A stretch of 64,000 bases of DNA from Candidatus Latescibacterota bacterium (GCA_964291625.2 OZ220089.1:1504001-1568000); one strand, 5' to 3'; shown: positions 9,930 to 22,382, counted from the first letter of the stretch. Made by a program: numbers and translations. Notes: generated by a model from the sequence alone, not told the origin.

Positions 9930-10092
9930 ACGGCTCCTCCTCCGAGCGGGGCGCAGTCACAGTGGCGGAGATCAGGACGACGGACGCGCGAGCAGGCGCG
10001 CTTCTGCAACTCCGTCGGCGCGTGAGAAGCAGGCCCTGCAGCGCCGACGGAAGGGTGAATGAGCATAGACACGGTGCCGGCCTTCGCAAGCC

Positions 10093-11243
10093 CTACCCCC
10101 TTCTCCGCAGGGTCAGGCACAGGGGGCGGTAGCTCCGCTGCACGATCCGCCGCTCGTCGAGGACATCCCACGCCGGGGGCGGCTCCCCCAGGACCGCCCG
10201 CAGCGCGCCGCTGTCCTGGGTCAGCATGACCATGATCCCGCCTGCGCGGCAGAGACGCGCGGCCTCGGCCAGAGTTGCGCCGTAGAGGGCGCGGTTCGAG
10301 CCGCGGGAGCCGTGCCGCCCGCCCCACGGCAGGTCGGCGGTCACCGCGTCGAAGGCGCCGCCGGGGAACCCCGTGGCCCGGGCGTCTCCGCGGACCAGCC
10401 GGACCCGCTCCGCCAGACCGGCGGCGGCCAGGTTCCCGCGGCTGGCGGCCAGGGCCTCGCGGGAGTTGTCGACCCCCACGGCCGTTGCGGCGCCCCGCCG
10501 CAGGAGCCGCTCGATCAGCAGGGTACCGGCGCCGCACATCAGGTTCAGGTAGCGCTGCTCCCGCCGGGGGCGGCTCAGCTCCACCATGCAGGCGGCGATG
10601 GCGGCGTTCAGGCTGACGGGCCAGTCGACCCGCCGCCAATCCCTGGAGGCCAGGGGGCGGTTCCCGGCGCGGCAGAGCACCTCCCAGCCCCGGCGCCCCG
10701 GCCGGAAGGTGATCAGGCAGTCCCCGTCCTCGGGGTCCCAGGGCATGCCGAGCCGCTCCTCGAGGGCCGCGGCGATGCGCCCCATGGTGGGCGATCCGGC
10801 GCCGGCGGCGTCGAAGCGGAAGCCGCCGGGCGGGCGGCCGAGGGCGCGGGCCCGCTCGACCAGCTCCACGAGGGCGGTCATGTGCTCGGGGCTGAGCAGG
10901 GTGCGTGGGCGCTGCACGGCGAAGTCCCGGCGCAGCAGCAGGCTCTGGGCCGTGGCCAGCCGCAGCAGCTCCTCCGGCTCGCCCTCGAAGGTGAAGTGGA
11001 CTTCGTCCTGCCGCTCGTGGGGGACGAGGCGGCAGCGGCCGCCGAAGCGCCGGGCCAGCTCTCCGCGAACGATCTCCTGGGTGCCGTCGAGGGCCGCCGC
11101 CGTCCACAGGTGGGCGGGTCCCGCGGACCTCTTGCCTCCGCGCCGGCGGGTCCCGGCCGGGGCGCCGGCCGCCCGCGTGGAACCCCTGACGACGTTGGAC
11201 CGGGCGCCGGCCGCGCCGCGGCGGCGCCGGGGACCGCCCCGGC

Positions 11244-11247
<4 letters not shown>
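10093..11247 (-). CDS. RNA methyltransferase (Trm14/UPF0020-like)
   Basis: SLNAAIAACM, NLMCGAGTLLIE, DAVTADLPWG; GTG start overlaps the peptidase stop. Confidence 0.8.
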
Positions 11248-13225
<1,978 letters not shown>

Positions 13226-13229
<4 letters not shown>

Positions 13230-14983
13230 CGGCTCTCTCCCGCGGCTTCCGCCGTCTCCTTCCGCGCCTCTTCAGGGGCGGCCATGAGGGACAGGTGGCC
13301 CCGGTCGACCTCGATCTGCAGGGGCGACCCGCCGGCGCCCAGGTGGCCGCTGACGGTGTGGCCGCCGCGGCTGTTGGCCGCCACCTCCAGCGGCAGGTCG
13401 GTGGCCGCGCGGCCGCGGTCGACGTGGCCGAGCACCTCCAGCGACGAATCGCGGGGCACCTGCAGGTGGACGTTGCCGCGCGAGCACTGCACCGTGCAGG
13501 GGGAGCCCACGGGCCGCTTCCAGCGGATCTCGACGTCGCCGCGCTGGCCCTGGACGGTGACCTCCGCGCCCGGCTCCAGGAGGAGGGTGCGGCCGCCGCT
13601 GGATCGCAGGGCGACGTCTCCGGCGACCTCGCGCAGCTCCACGGGGCCGTGGTCGCTGCGGACCATGGCGCCGCCGCCGACGGCGGAGGCCTTGAGCGGC
13701 GAGCGCGAGCTGCGCACCACGAGCCTGCCGCCCACGGCGGAGGCCGTCACGGGGGCGTGGCTGGCGCGCACCACGGCGCCGCCGCCGACCTCGTCGAGCT
13801 TCACCGGGCCGTGGGAGGTGGTCAGCTGCAGGTCCTCCGCGACGCCGGAGATGGTCATGGGCGAGTGACTGCCATCGACCGAGAGACCGGCGCGCAGGCC
13901 CTCGGCCTCCAGGGGGCTGTGGCGCACGCGGACCCGCGCCGCCCCGCGGACCCGGCGGATGCTCACCGGGCCGTGGGCGCCGGACAGCTCGAGGGAGCCG
14001 CCGGCGCGCCGCACCTTGGCCGGCGAGTGCTGCAGGCGCAGGTTGGCCGGGCCCTCGACGGACTTCACGCTCACCTTGGAGTGATGGGCGTCGAGGGTGA
14101 GCCCGCCTCCCAGCTGCCGCAGGTCCGCCTCTCCGTGGCGCTGCCGGAGGACGGTGTCGCCGCCGATGCCCTGCAGGGTCGTGCGGCCGTGGCGGGCGTC
14201 GATCGTGGCATCCGCCTCGAGGGAGGCGACGTCGACCTCGCCGCGGGCGTTGCGCAGGTCCACCGACACCTTCGGGTGCACGCGCACGACGAAGTGACAG
14301 GTCACCCGGGCCGGCCCCTCGTTGATGGTCCCGGAGCCCTGGGCCTCGACCCGCAGGGCGCCTTCGGTGCGGTCGAGGCTCAGGCCGACGCGGCGGGCGC
14401 AGTTCCTCGCCGTCTCCTCGTCGTGGGCGCCGGTCACCGTCCGCAGCTCCACCCGGACCTCGTCGCGGTCCCAGGTCTTCACCTGGATCGACCCCCGGAG
14501 GTTGCGCAGCGCCAGGCGTTCGCCCGGGGCCAGGGGCGCCTGCTCGGAGAGGTTGTACTCGACGGTGAACGCGTAGTCGCGGTCGTCGTCCACCTCGCCG
14601 GCCTCGGCGAAGGCCTCGCTGATCGTCCGTCCCATGTCGTTCAAAGCCTCGCCAAGATCGGGGATGGCGGCAAACGCCTCGTCCACCAGGTGATCCACGT
14701 CGGGGATGGCGTCGCGCACCGTGCGGCGGACCCCCGGCATGGAGGCGCGGACCGTGCGGCGGGCGCGGTCGAACTGGTCGCGGACCTCGCCCTCCAGCTC
14801 CTCCCACTCCACGGCCACCTGGTTCCCGAGATCACCGACCTGGCCCCACTTCACCCGGGGCCACTTCCCCCGCCTGGGCGGCGGGTCCCCGTTGCCGAGG
14901 GCCTTCAGCAGGCGCTCGGCCTCGTCCACCGAGATCTTCCCGTCGGCCAGCATCTGCAGCACCTTGGACCGCTCGTCGCTCAT
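13226..14983 (-). CDS. SHOCT-like + DUF4097 (Toastrack) protein, LiaX/YvlB-like
   Basis: ERSKVLQMLADGKISVDEAERLL N-terminus; beta-solenoid repeats. Confidence 0.85.
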
Positions 14984-15375
14984 GATCCATCCTCCTTCAG
15001 TTGTTCCAGCATGGAGACCGCGGTCCCGGCGTCGATCTCGCCGCGCTCCAGGCGCTCCAGCACGCCGCGGCGGCCTCCGTCCCCCGGAGGGGCGGCCGGG
15101 GCCTCCCCGCGGCTCTCGAAGCCCAGCTCGGCGATCACCTCGTCGAGGCGGCTGCGGACCGCCGCGTAGGGGACGCCGAGCTCGCGCTCCATCTCCTTGA
15201 CGTTGCCCCGGGCCCGCAGGAAGGCCTCGGCGAAGGCCAGCGACCCCGGCGACAGGCGGTCGAAGACGGTGGCGGCGAACCGCCCCGTGACGTCGGTCTC
15301 GCAACCCCCGCAACTCAGGCGGGTGATGCTCAGCTCCCCGCCGCAGGCGGGACAGCGTTCCAGGACCTTTCTCAA
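14980..15375 (-). CDS. DUF2089 Zn-ribbon/HTH protein
   Basis: CPACGG...LSCGGC, GNVKEMERELGVPY..VR.RL, C-terminal SHOCT-like motif. Confidence 0.9.
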   Translation of the reverse strand: MRKVLERCPACGGELSITRLSCGGCETDVTGRFAATVFDRLSPGSLAFAEAFLRARGNVKEMERELGVPYAAVRSRLDEVIAELGFESRGEAPAAPPGDGGRRGVLERLERGEIDAGTAVSMLEQLKEDGS

Positions 15376-15481
15376 GACTGTTTTCTCCTGTTACGACAAA
15401 GAACGAAACACATGAAGCCGTTTCGCGGCAAGAATTTGGTAATTCCATAAAAAATGATGCCTGCTTCAGTGAGACCGCGAA

Positions 15482-15534
15482 ATATCAAATTATTGAAGTC
15501 TGGACTTGAGTTTTTTGATATATCCGCGTATAAT
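15482..15534 (+). promoter_or_regulatory. Sigma70-type promoter overlapped by a 40-bp imperfect palindrome
   Basis: TTGAGT (15506-11), 17 bp, TATAAT (15529-34); palindrome 15482-15521 ATATCAAA..AAGTC-TG-GACTT..TTTGATAT. Confidence 0.7.
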
Positions 15535-15558
15535 CGTTTCATATTTGGAGGATGACCG

Positions 15559-15912
15559 ATGGATGTATCGAAAGCCCAGTGCCCCGAATGCTCCAGGGCC
15601 CTCCAGGTCGAGCGCATGGTCTGCCGCTCCTGCGGGGTGGCCGTGGAGGGCGAGATCGAGGTTTCGGCCCTCGGCCAGCTCGACCTCGACGACCAGGTCT
15701 TCGTCACCGCCTTCCTGCGCGGCCACGGGTCGATCCGGCGCATGGAGTCCCTCTTCGGGGTCAGCTACCCGACGGTGAAGAACCGGCTCAACAAGATCGT
15801 GGCCCGCCTCGACGCGGCCTTCACGCCTCCGCGCTCCGACAATGCCGAGGTCCTCGACCGGCTGGCGCGGGGGGAGATCACCGCCGCCCAGGCCCTCGAG
15901 GAGTTGTCTTGA
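15559..15912 (+). CDS. DUF2089 Zn-ribbon/HTH protein (second, divergent paralogue)
   Basis: CPEC...CRSC, GSIRRMESLFGVSYPTVKNRL, LARGEITAAQALEEL. Confidence 0.9.
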   Translation: MDVSKAQCPECSRALQVERMVCRSCGVAVEGEIEVSALGQLDLDDQVFVTAFLRGHGSIRRMESLFGVSYPTVKNRLNKIVARLDAAFTPPRSDNAEVLDRLARGEITAAQALEELS

Positions 15913-16139
15913 TCCCTCCCATGTTCGTCCTCGTCGCCTTCGGGCGCGGTCCCTGGATGGTGCCCGTGCCCATCCCGGTCTTTCTCCTGTGGCCGCTGGC
16001 CCCGCTCGTCATCGCCCACGGCCGCATCGCCCGCGACCCCCGCGGCATCGCCCTCCTGCGCCTGGCCGCGGCGGCGCGGGGTCTGCGGGTCAGCCTCCGC
16101 AGCGGCTCCGGGGAGCGCTTCCTGCTCCGCGTGCTCTGA
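15909..16139 (+). CDS. Small membrane protein
   Basis: TTGA overlap; MIPP...VPVPIPVFLLWPL hydrophobic segment. Confidence 0.6.
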   Translation: MIPPMFVLVAFGRGPWMVPVPIPVFLLWPLAPLVIAHGRIARDPRGIALLRLAAAARGLRVSLRSGSGERFLLRVL

Positions 16140-16166
16140 AACCCCCCTCGAAGAAGGAGACCTCCG

Positions 16167-16586
16167 ATGAGTGATGACCGCCGCAAGATCCTGGACATGC
16201 TGGCCGCCGACCAGATCAGCGTCGACGACGCCGACCGGCTGCTCGACAAGGTGGAGCCGCCGCCGGCGCCGGTGCCGGCCGTGGCGCCGGGCGATCCCCC
16301 GGCCCGGAGCGGGCCCCGCTACCTGCGCATCCACATCGTCGACGACGACGACAAGGTGGAGCTGCAGATCCCGCTGGCCCTCATCCGCACCGGCATCCGC
16401 CTGGGCGCCGTGGTGCCCGACTCGGCCAAGGGCAAGCTCAAGAAACTGAAGAAGCTGAAGAAGGAGGGCTTCGACATCGACCAGTTCTTCGAGATGGCAT
16501 CGGAGGAACTGGTCGACTCGCTGGCGGAGCTGGAGGTCAACATCGAGGGCGAGGACGGCGAGCGGGTGCGCCTGTTCTGCGAGTAG
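16167..16586 (+). CDS. SHOCT-like domain protein
   Basis: RRKILDMLAADQISVDDADRLL; PRYLRI; V...IPL.L; AGGAG RBS. Confidence 0.8.
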   Translation: MSDDRRKILDMLAADQISVDDADRLLDKVEPPPAPVPAVAPGDPPARSGPRYLRIHIVDDDDKVELQIPLALIRTGIRLGAVVPDSAKGKLKKLKKLKKEGFDIDQFFEMASEELVDSLAELEVNIEGEDGERVRLFCE

Positions 16587-16621
16587 ACGGAGCGGGGGCC
16601 GGCGCCCATATTCGCCCGACC

Positions 16622-17095
16622 GTGGAACAACAACCGATCGACCGGCGCTGCTTCGGGCGGCGCGTGGTGAGCCTCGCCGTCGCCGGGGCCGCCGTCTGGC
16701 GGGGGACCGGCGACGCCGGCGCCCTGCAGCGGCGGGAGGTGGAGGTCGTCGTCGATCTCGACGACCCGCGCTTCGCCGCCCTGCGCGAGGTGGGCGGCGC
16801 CATGAAGGTGGTCCCCGAGGGCAGCTTCGAGCCGGTGATCGTCGTGCGCCTGTCCGAGGACGAGCTGATCGCCTTCAGCAGCGCCTGCCCCCACTGGGGC
16901 TGCGAGGTCACCCTGCCCGACGAGGAGGGCCTCATCGCCTGCTCCTGCCACGAGAGCTGGTTCGACATCGAGGGCCGCTACCTGGAGGGCCCCGCCGAGG
17001 AGGATCTGCCCCGGGTCAAGCTGGTGGTCTCCCCCGCCACCGGGGTGGCCCCGCGGTCCTGGGGACGGGTGAAGGACGGCTCCCGCAGGCGCTGA
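16622..17095 (+). CDS. Rieske 2Fe-2S protein with Tat-like signal
   Basis: DRRCF; CPHWGC and CSCHESWF; C-terminal TGVAPRSWGRVK. Confidence 0.85.
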   Translation: MEQQPIDRRCFGRRVVSLAVAGAAVWRGTGDAGALQRREVEVVVDLDDPRFAALREVGGAMKVVPEGSFEPVIVVRLSEDELIAFSSACPHWGCEVTLPDEEGLIACSCHESWFDIEGRYLEGPAEEDLPRVKLVVSPATGVAPRSWGRVKDGSRRR

Positions 17096-17167
17096 TCCCG
17101 CGGTTCCTCCGATGGCTTGACATGGGTCGTCGGCGCGGGAAGGTTCTTGCGAAAGGAGGACTACCCA

Positions 17168-17317
17168 ATGAGCCTGGAATCCTATCTGACCCCGGCGGTC
17201 GTGGTGGCTGCCACCGCCTTCCTCTGGAAGGTTCTGGGAGCCCGGATCGACCACCTCGAGCGACGATTCGATGCCCTGAACGCCCGGATCGACCGTCACC
17301 TGGAAGGCCACCCGTAG
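17168..17317 (+). CDS. Small TM + coiled-coil protein, paralogue of 269-517
   Basis: AAGGAGG RBS; YLTPAVVVA...LW...ARIDRHLEGHP. Confidence 0.7.
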   Translation: MSLESYLTPAVVVAATAFLWKVLGARIDHLERRFDALNARIDRHLEGHP

Positions 17318-17339
17318 GCGACCCGGAGACCCGACGAGC

Positions 17340-18956
17340 ATGACGCAAGGAACGGACCACATCGGTTGGCAGGCGTCCAGCGACGCCGGCGCCGTGGCCG
17401 CGGGCGGCGCCGGCGCCGTGGACGCGGGGATGCGCATCCTCGAGCAGGGCGGCAACGCCGCCGACGCGGCGGCGGCCACCATCTTCGCCCTGCAGGTCAC
17501 CGACCACATCGCCTGCTGCATCGGCGGCGAGGTGCCGCTGCTGATCTGGGACGCCGGCCGCGGCGAGGTGAAGTCCCTCTCGGGGCAGGGCCGCGCGCCC
17601 CTGGACCCGGCGGCGATCGACTGGTACATGGCCAACGGCATCCCGGGACGGGGGGACATGAAGATGGCCCCGGTGCCGTCGGTGGTGGACCTGTGCATCA
17701 CCACCCTGCAGCACTACGGGACCATGCCCCTGGAGCAGGTCGTGGCGCCGACCCTGGAGATCCTCGACGCCGGCGACCGCGAGTGGGAGCCGAAGCTGGC
17801 CCATACCCTGCGGCGCATGGTGGAGGAGGAGGGTCTGGCGGGCGGCTCCCGCGAGGACCGTCTGCAGGCCGCCTGCGACCGCTTCTACGGGCGCTCGTCA
17901 CGCTGCAACGACATCGCCGAGGAGCTGGAGGCCGAGTTCGTCAGACACGGCAGCTTCCTGCGCCGGGCCGACCTGGCCGCCCACCGCACCACCATCGAGG
18001 CGCCGGCCACCGCCGACTACCGCGGCTACACCGTCTGCAAGTGCGGCCCCTGGACCCAGGGGCCGGCGCTGCTCCAGGCCCTGCGCCTGCTCGAGGGTTT
18101 CGACCTGGCGGCGATGGGCCACCTGTCGGCCGACTACGTCCACGTGGTGGTGGAGGCGATCAAGCTCGCCTTCGCCGACCGCGACGCCCACTACGGCGAC
18201 CCGGAGTTCGTCCACGTGCCCCTGGACTCCCTGCTCTCCGACGCCTACACCGGCCTGCGGCAGCCCCTGATCGACATGGCTTCCGCCTCCCCCGAGGCGC
18301 GGCCGGGGAACCCGCTGGCCTTGGAGGCCGTCGTCGAAGGCGGCGTCTTCCGGCCCGGCGGCGAGGGCACCACCACCTGCGTCGTCGCCGACCGCTGGGG
18401 CAACGTCGTCTCGGCGACGCCGAGCGCCAACGTCGACACCAGCCGCATGGACGGCGGCGAGGCGGGGGTCACCTACGGCAACCGCCTGCGCAGCCTCAAC
18501 ACGACGCCCGACCACCCCAACTGCATCCAGCCCGGCAAGCGCCCTCGCATCACCCTCACGCCGACGCTGGTCCTCAAGGACGGCCAGCCCGCCTTCGCCG
18601 TCAGCGTCGCCGGCGGCGACCGCCAGGACCAGACGACCCTGGCCCTGCTGCTGGACGCCATCGACTTCGGCATGACCCCGGCCGAGGCGGTGCGGGCGCC
18701 CCGGTTCAGCACCTTCCACCACCAGAACTCCTTCGACCCCAACCCGCGGCGGGACCAGACCTTCACCGACGCCGGGGCCCTGGAGATCAACGAGTCGGTG
18801 GATTCCCGGGTGCGGGCGGAGCTTCAGCGGCGGGGCCACCCGCTGCGGGTGAAGGCGGGGGCGATCTCGTCGCCGGTGATGCTGCGGGTGGAGGAGTCCA
18901 GAAGATTCCTGGCCGCCGGCGACCCCGACGCGGGACGGCACGCGGCCGGGCTCTGA
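17340..18956 (+). CDS. ggt: Gamma-glutamyltransferase family protein
   Basis: GGNAADAA, KLAFADRD..YGDP, GTTT...DRWGN, PGKRPR.TL.P. Confidence 0.92.
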   Translation: MTQGTDHIGWQASSDAGAVAAGGAGAVDAGMRILEQGGNAADAAAATIFALQVTDHIACCIGGEVPLLIWDAGRGEVKSLSGQGRAPLDPAAIDWYMANGIPGRGDMKMAPVPSVVDLCITTLQHYGTMPLEQVVAPTLEILDAGDREWEPKLAHTLRRMVEEEGLAGGSREDRLQAACDRFYGRSSRCNDIAEELEAEFVRHGSFLRRADLAAHRTTIEAPATADYRGYTVCKCGPWTQGPALLQALRLLEGFDLAAMGHLSADYVHVVVEAIKLAFADRDAHYGDPEFVHVPLDSLLSDAYTGLRQPLIDMASASPEARPGNPLALEAVVEGGVFRPGGEGTTTCVVADRWGNVVSATPSANVDTSRMDGGEAGVTYGNRLRSLNTTPDHPNCIQPGKRPRITLTPTLVLKDGQPAFAVSVAGGDRQDQTTLALLLDAIDFGMTPAEAVRAPRFSTFHHQNSFDPNPRRDQTFTDAGALEINESVDSRVRAELQRRGHPLRVKAGAISSPVMLRVEESRRFLAAGDPDAGRHAAGL

Positions 18957-19347
18957 GGCGCGGCGCCGGGGTGGTGCCCGAGCTCGGTCAGTCCCCCGAG
19001 TCCAGGTCGATCCCCCGAAGACCCCAGGTCACCGGATCAGGGCCACCTTCCCGATCCTCACCTGGTTCCCCGCGATCAGCCTCCACAGGTAGACCCCGCC
19101 GGCGACCTCACGGCCATCGCTGGTGCCGTCCCACTCCTTGGCGTAGACGCCCCTGGGGACGCCAGGATCGGCCACCAGGGTGGCCACAGGCTGGCCGGAG
19201 AGGTTGTAGACGATCAGGCTCACCGGGGCGTCCTCGGGCAACTGATAGTAGAACATGGTCGCCGGATTGAACGGGTTCGGGGCTGAGTGGATGACGAGCT
19301 CCCGAGGTCCTCCCATGGAGGACGGTCAACTGCGGCTGGTGATTCTC

Positions 19348-19425
19348 AGTGCCATCATCGGTGCCGTCGTCGGTCCCGTCATCGGTGCCGTCGTCACTCC
19401 CGTCATCCGTGCCGTCATCGGTCCC
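19348..19425 (-). repeat. 12-bp tandem repeat encoding (GTDD)n linker
   Basis: GTDDGTDDGSDDGTDDGTDDGTDDGT in translation. Confidence 0.85.
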
Positions 19426-19553
19426 ACCTCTTCTAGGGACCACCGGGGTGGTCTTGACGAGGGTGGTGTTGTCCTCGTAGTCATCGTTGTAGATCACCGT
19501 CGCCCGGAGTCTGCGTCCGACGTCGGAGGCGCTCGGTGTATAGGCAGGGCCCA

Positions 19554-20975
19554 CTAGCAGGCCGTTGATAATGTCACGTTTTGGCACACGTTCGGTCGAT
19601 CTGAGTGGAAGAGGCGCCGAGGGATGAGAAATCGTCGATCCCGGGCCCAGGTGAGGAAGGGGCCTCCGGCGCGACCCGAGAGGCCCCGAGCGGCTTGCCG
19701 CCACGCCTGGAAGAGCCCAAGAACCGCCCCCCGCGCCCGCAGACCCCTCGGGGTCCCGCAACCGGTGAGCTTCCGCATGGCCAGGCCCAGATTGAAGGCG
19801 CTGCCATGAAGGCTCAGCCGCTTGGAGATGTTGGCGTGGCCCCGCAGGGGCGTCCGCCGCAGACCCCCGCTTTCGTAGGTGTGAGCGAAACTGCGTTCCG
19901 CGCACTCGGCCCGACGCCGTTGCAGGGCGCGGCCTCGGGCCCCTCGAATCCGGCGTCGGTTGGCATACACGGCGGCCTGGGCGTCCCGGTCCTTCCACCG
20001 GCGGCGCCCGCGGTCGGGCTCGGACTGGTAGCCGCGGATCCGGGCGCGCTTCAACATCTTGGTCGTGTCGTTGCTGTGATACCCTTTGTCCGTCACCACT
20101 TCCGACATCGGTTGGCCATGCAGATGTTTCTTGGCTGTCGGATCCTGCGACACGGCCTGCAGATTCAGGTCGCTCTGGATCAGCGTCCAAGACAGCGATG
20201 CCGTGTCTCCCACGTCGGCGCCGGTCACCTGGGTGGCCACCAGGGCCTGGGTGTCCAGATCGACCGCGTGCTCGACCTTGTGTGCCAGGTGGGTCCGCCC
20301 GTCCTTCATCTTGGTGATGCGGGCCTCCGGGTCGTGGGGATGCTGCCAGTCCTGGTTGGAGCCTTTGCGCGGCCGCTTCTTGTCGAGCCGGGCCACGTCC
20401 TGGCGCGTCGGCGTCTCGATCCCTTCGGCCCGGGCCAGCTCCTCCAGGTACTCGCGGTAGCCTTGCCCGGTGTCCCGCCGCACGACGCTGCGCAGGGCGG
20501 CGTTGGCCTCCAGGGTCGTGGCGTCCACCGCCAAGGTCTTGCCCTTCAGGAGCCCTTCCTTGGCCAGCACGGTCAGCACCCAGTTGAACACCTCTTGGTA
20601 GACCTCCGGCGGCAGACGCTGACGAATGCGCGTCAGGCTCGAGTGATCGGGCGTGGCCTCGCTCAAGGCGTAGCCCAGAAACCGCCGCAGCGACAGCGAG
20701 TCGGCCACCCGCCAGGCGATGCCCCGCTCCGAGCCCAGGCCCTCGAAGTAGCCGATCAGGAGCATGCGAAAATAGACCCCCGGCGCGATGCTCGGCCGGC
20801 CCAGCTTCTCCGCGTAATACGGCGCGCACCGGGATTCCACAAACCGGTCAAATCCATGCGCCGCCAGCAGCTGATTCAGTTGCGTATAGAACGGACACCC
20901 GGGCGCCTCCGGCAGCGTGTGGGTCGGCACCCACATCTCCTGTTGCTGACTCTCGGGTCGTCGACTCATCGACAT
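19554..20975 (-). CDS. Transposase (IS1182-like)
   Basis: GRPSIAP, SERGI, TPDHSSL, DATTLEANA, TDKGY, ERSFAH; stop codon supplied by the CTAG target. Confidence 0.9.
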   Translation of the reverse strand: MSMSRRPESQQQEMWVPTHTLPEAPGCPFYTQLNQLLAAHGFDRFVESRCAPYYAEKLGRPSIAPGVYFRMLLIGYFEGLGSERGIAWRVADSLSLRRFLGYALSEATPDHSSLTRIRQRLPPEVYQEVFNWVLTVLAKEGLLKGKTLAVDATTLEANAALRSVVRRDTGQGYREYLEELARAEGIETPTRQDVARLDKKRPRKGSNQDWQHPHDPEARITKMKDGRTHLAHKVEHAVDLDTQALVATQVTGADVGDTASLSWTLIQSDLNLQAVSQDPTAKKHLHGQPMSEVVTDKGYHSNDTTKMLKRARIRGYQSEPDRGRRRWKDRDAQAAVYANRRRIRGARGRALQRRRAECAERSFAHTYESGGLRRTPLRGHANISKRLSLHGSAFNLGLAMRKLTGCGTPRGLRARGAVLGLFQAWRQAARGLSGRAGGPFLTWARDRRFLIPRRLFHSDRPNVCQNVTLSTAC

Positions 20976-21018
20976 CGATCCGGCTCCTTGGGTACGTGGC
21001 CTATGCCGAATCTAGAAA

Positions 21019-22382
21019 GGCTCATCCGGGATTACTGTGGGTAGCCCCAACATGTTGTGGTCTCGGATAGAGGTCGAGTCCGCCGCAATGGAAGTAGATG
21101 GCGGTCTGGAAGTTCGTGCGGTTGCGATAGCCGCGGGCCAGGCGCTTGACCTTTTCCACCTGCGCGTTCACCGCCTCGTTGAGGGCGTTGGTGATCCGGT
21201 GGCGCAGGTAGGTCAGGATGTTGTCCAGCCGCCGCTTCAGCGTGCGGGCCACGGCGATCACCGGCGGCAGACGGCTGTGGGTGGCCCAGAAGTACCAGCG
21301 CCGGAAGAAGCGACGAGCCCACCCTTCCCGGCGGTAGGTCCACAGCTGGCGCAGATTCTCCTTCAGGGCCCAGGCGCGGCTGACCTGCAGGTCCATGGCC
21401 CGCAACGCCTCGAACCGGGGCAGCAGGGCCTCGGGGATCCGGTCGGGGTGGTAGAGCCAGAGGTATTTGGTCCCCGTGAGCACCTCGTCCTGCTGGGCCC
21501 GCAGCTTCTTGTGCTCCTGGCGGCGCACCCGGTCGACGGCCTCGTTCATCAGTCGCAGGACGTGGAACTTGTCGAACACGATCTTGTCCCCGGCGTCGGG
21601 CACCCAGGCTTTCACGGCCGCGATGTAGGGGTCGTGCATGTCCAGGCAGATGGCCTCGATCCGCTTCAACTCCTGTTCGTCGAAGGGGAGGAAATACTCC
21701 TCCAGGCTCTCCCGTCGACGACCGTCGGCCACGTGTTCCACGCTCTTGGTTTCCAGGTCGCAGACCAGGGTCATGTACTGGTGGCGCTTGGCGAAGGCCT
21801 TCTCGTCGACGCCGAGATGGACCGGCACCCTCCACACCTTGCGGCGCTGGCCCCGGCGAACGGCGCCGGCCAGGACGCTCGAACAGCGATCCCAACTGAG
21901 CCCGGTGAGGCGGCTCACCGCCTGCAGGCTGCACTCCTTGGCCAAGTCGATGACGCGGGCCTCCAGGGCCCGGGTCAGACCCGAGCCGGGCTCGGCCCAC
22001 TCGGAAGCGATGGAGAGCACGACGTGGACCCGGCACTGGACCCGGGGCAGGCGGGTATGGACGTAGGTCGGCCGATCGCAGGTGTCCAGATGGCGCCATT
22101 CCCGCTCGGGGGCGTGGTCGTAGACGGGACACCAGGCGTCACAGCGGGGACAGCGCATCTTGACGCCGCGCTCATGGTCCACGTAGACATCGACCCGCTC
22201 CCGGTCCTGGAACCGCACCTCGAGCACAATCCAAGGGCGCTCGATTCGCAGCAGATGGGCATAGAACTGCTTGAGGTCGTCCATGGACGGCCCTCCCCGA
22301 TGGCGGTGGCAAGGGACTGCGAGACTCGGTCCCTATGATACCACAACATCTTGGGGGTCCCCACTCTCAACCCGGATGAGCC
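21019..22382 (-). mobile_element. ISL3-family IS
   Basis: TIR GGCTCATCCGGG; 8-bp TSD TCTAGAAA. Confidence 0.93.
21022..22284 (-). CDS. ISL3 transposase
   Basis: CPRC..YDH...WRHLD, GVDEK, DKFHV, TNALNEAVN...RGYRN. Confidence 0.93.
   Translation of the reverse strand: MDDLKQFYAHLLRIERPWIVLEVRFQDRERVDVYVDHERGVKMRCPRCDAWCPVYDHAPEREWRHLDTCDRPTYVHTRLPRVQCRVHVVLSIASEWAEPGSGLTRALEARVIDLAKECSLQAVSRLTGLSWDRCSSVLAGAVRRGQRRKVWRVPVHLGVDEKAFAKRHQYMTLVCDLETKSVEHVADGRRRESLEEYFLPFDEQELKRIEAICLDMHDPYIAAVKAWVPDAGDKIVFDKFHVLRLMNEAVDRVRRQEHKKLRAQQDEVLTGTKYLWLYHPDRIPEALLPRFEALRAMDLQVSRAWALKENLRQLWTYRREGWARRFFRRWYFWATHSRLPPVIAVARTLKRRLDNILTYLRHRITNALNEAVNAQVEKVKRLARGYRNRTNFQTAIYFHCGGLDLYPRPQHVGATHSNPG

Noticed and set aside
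9930-10090. DUF2946-like metal-sensing leader peptide (CxxC...RAPP) before the ZrgA-like gene
   Set aside because: Needs an indel and gives only RAPS; no proper start or CxxC
13295-15169. Long antisense and overlapping ORFs (also 11280-12752, 37287-39290, 46390-48069 and others)
   Set aside because: Shadow frames of GC-rich genes, with no motifs
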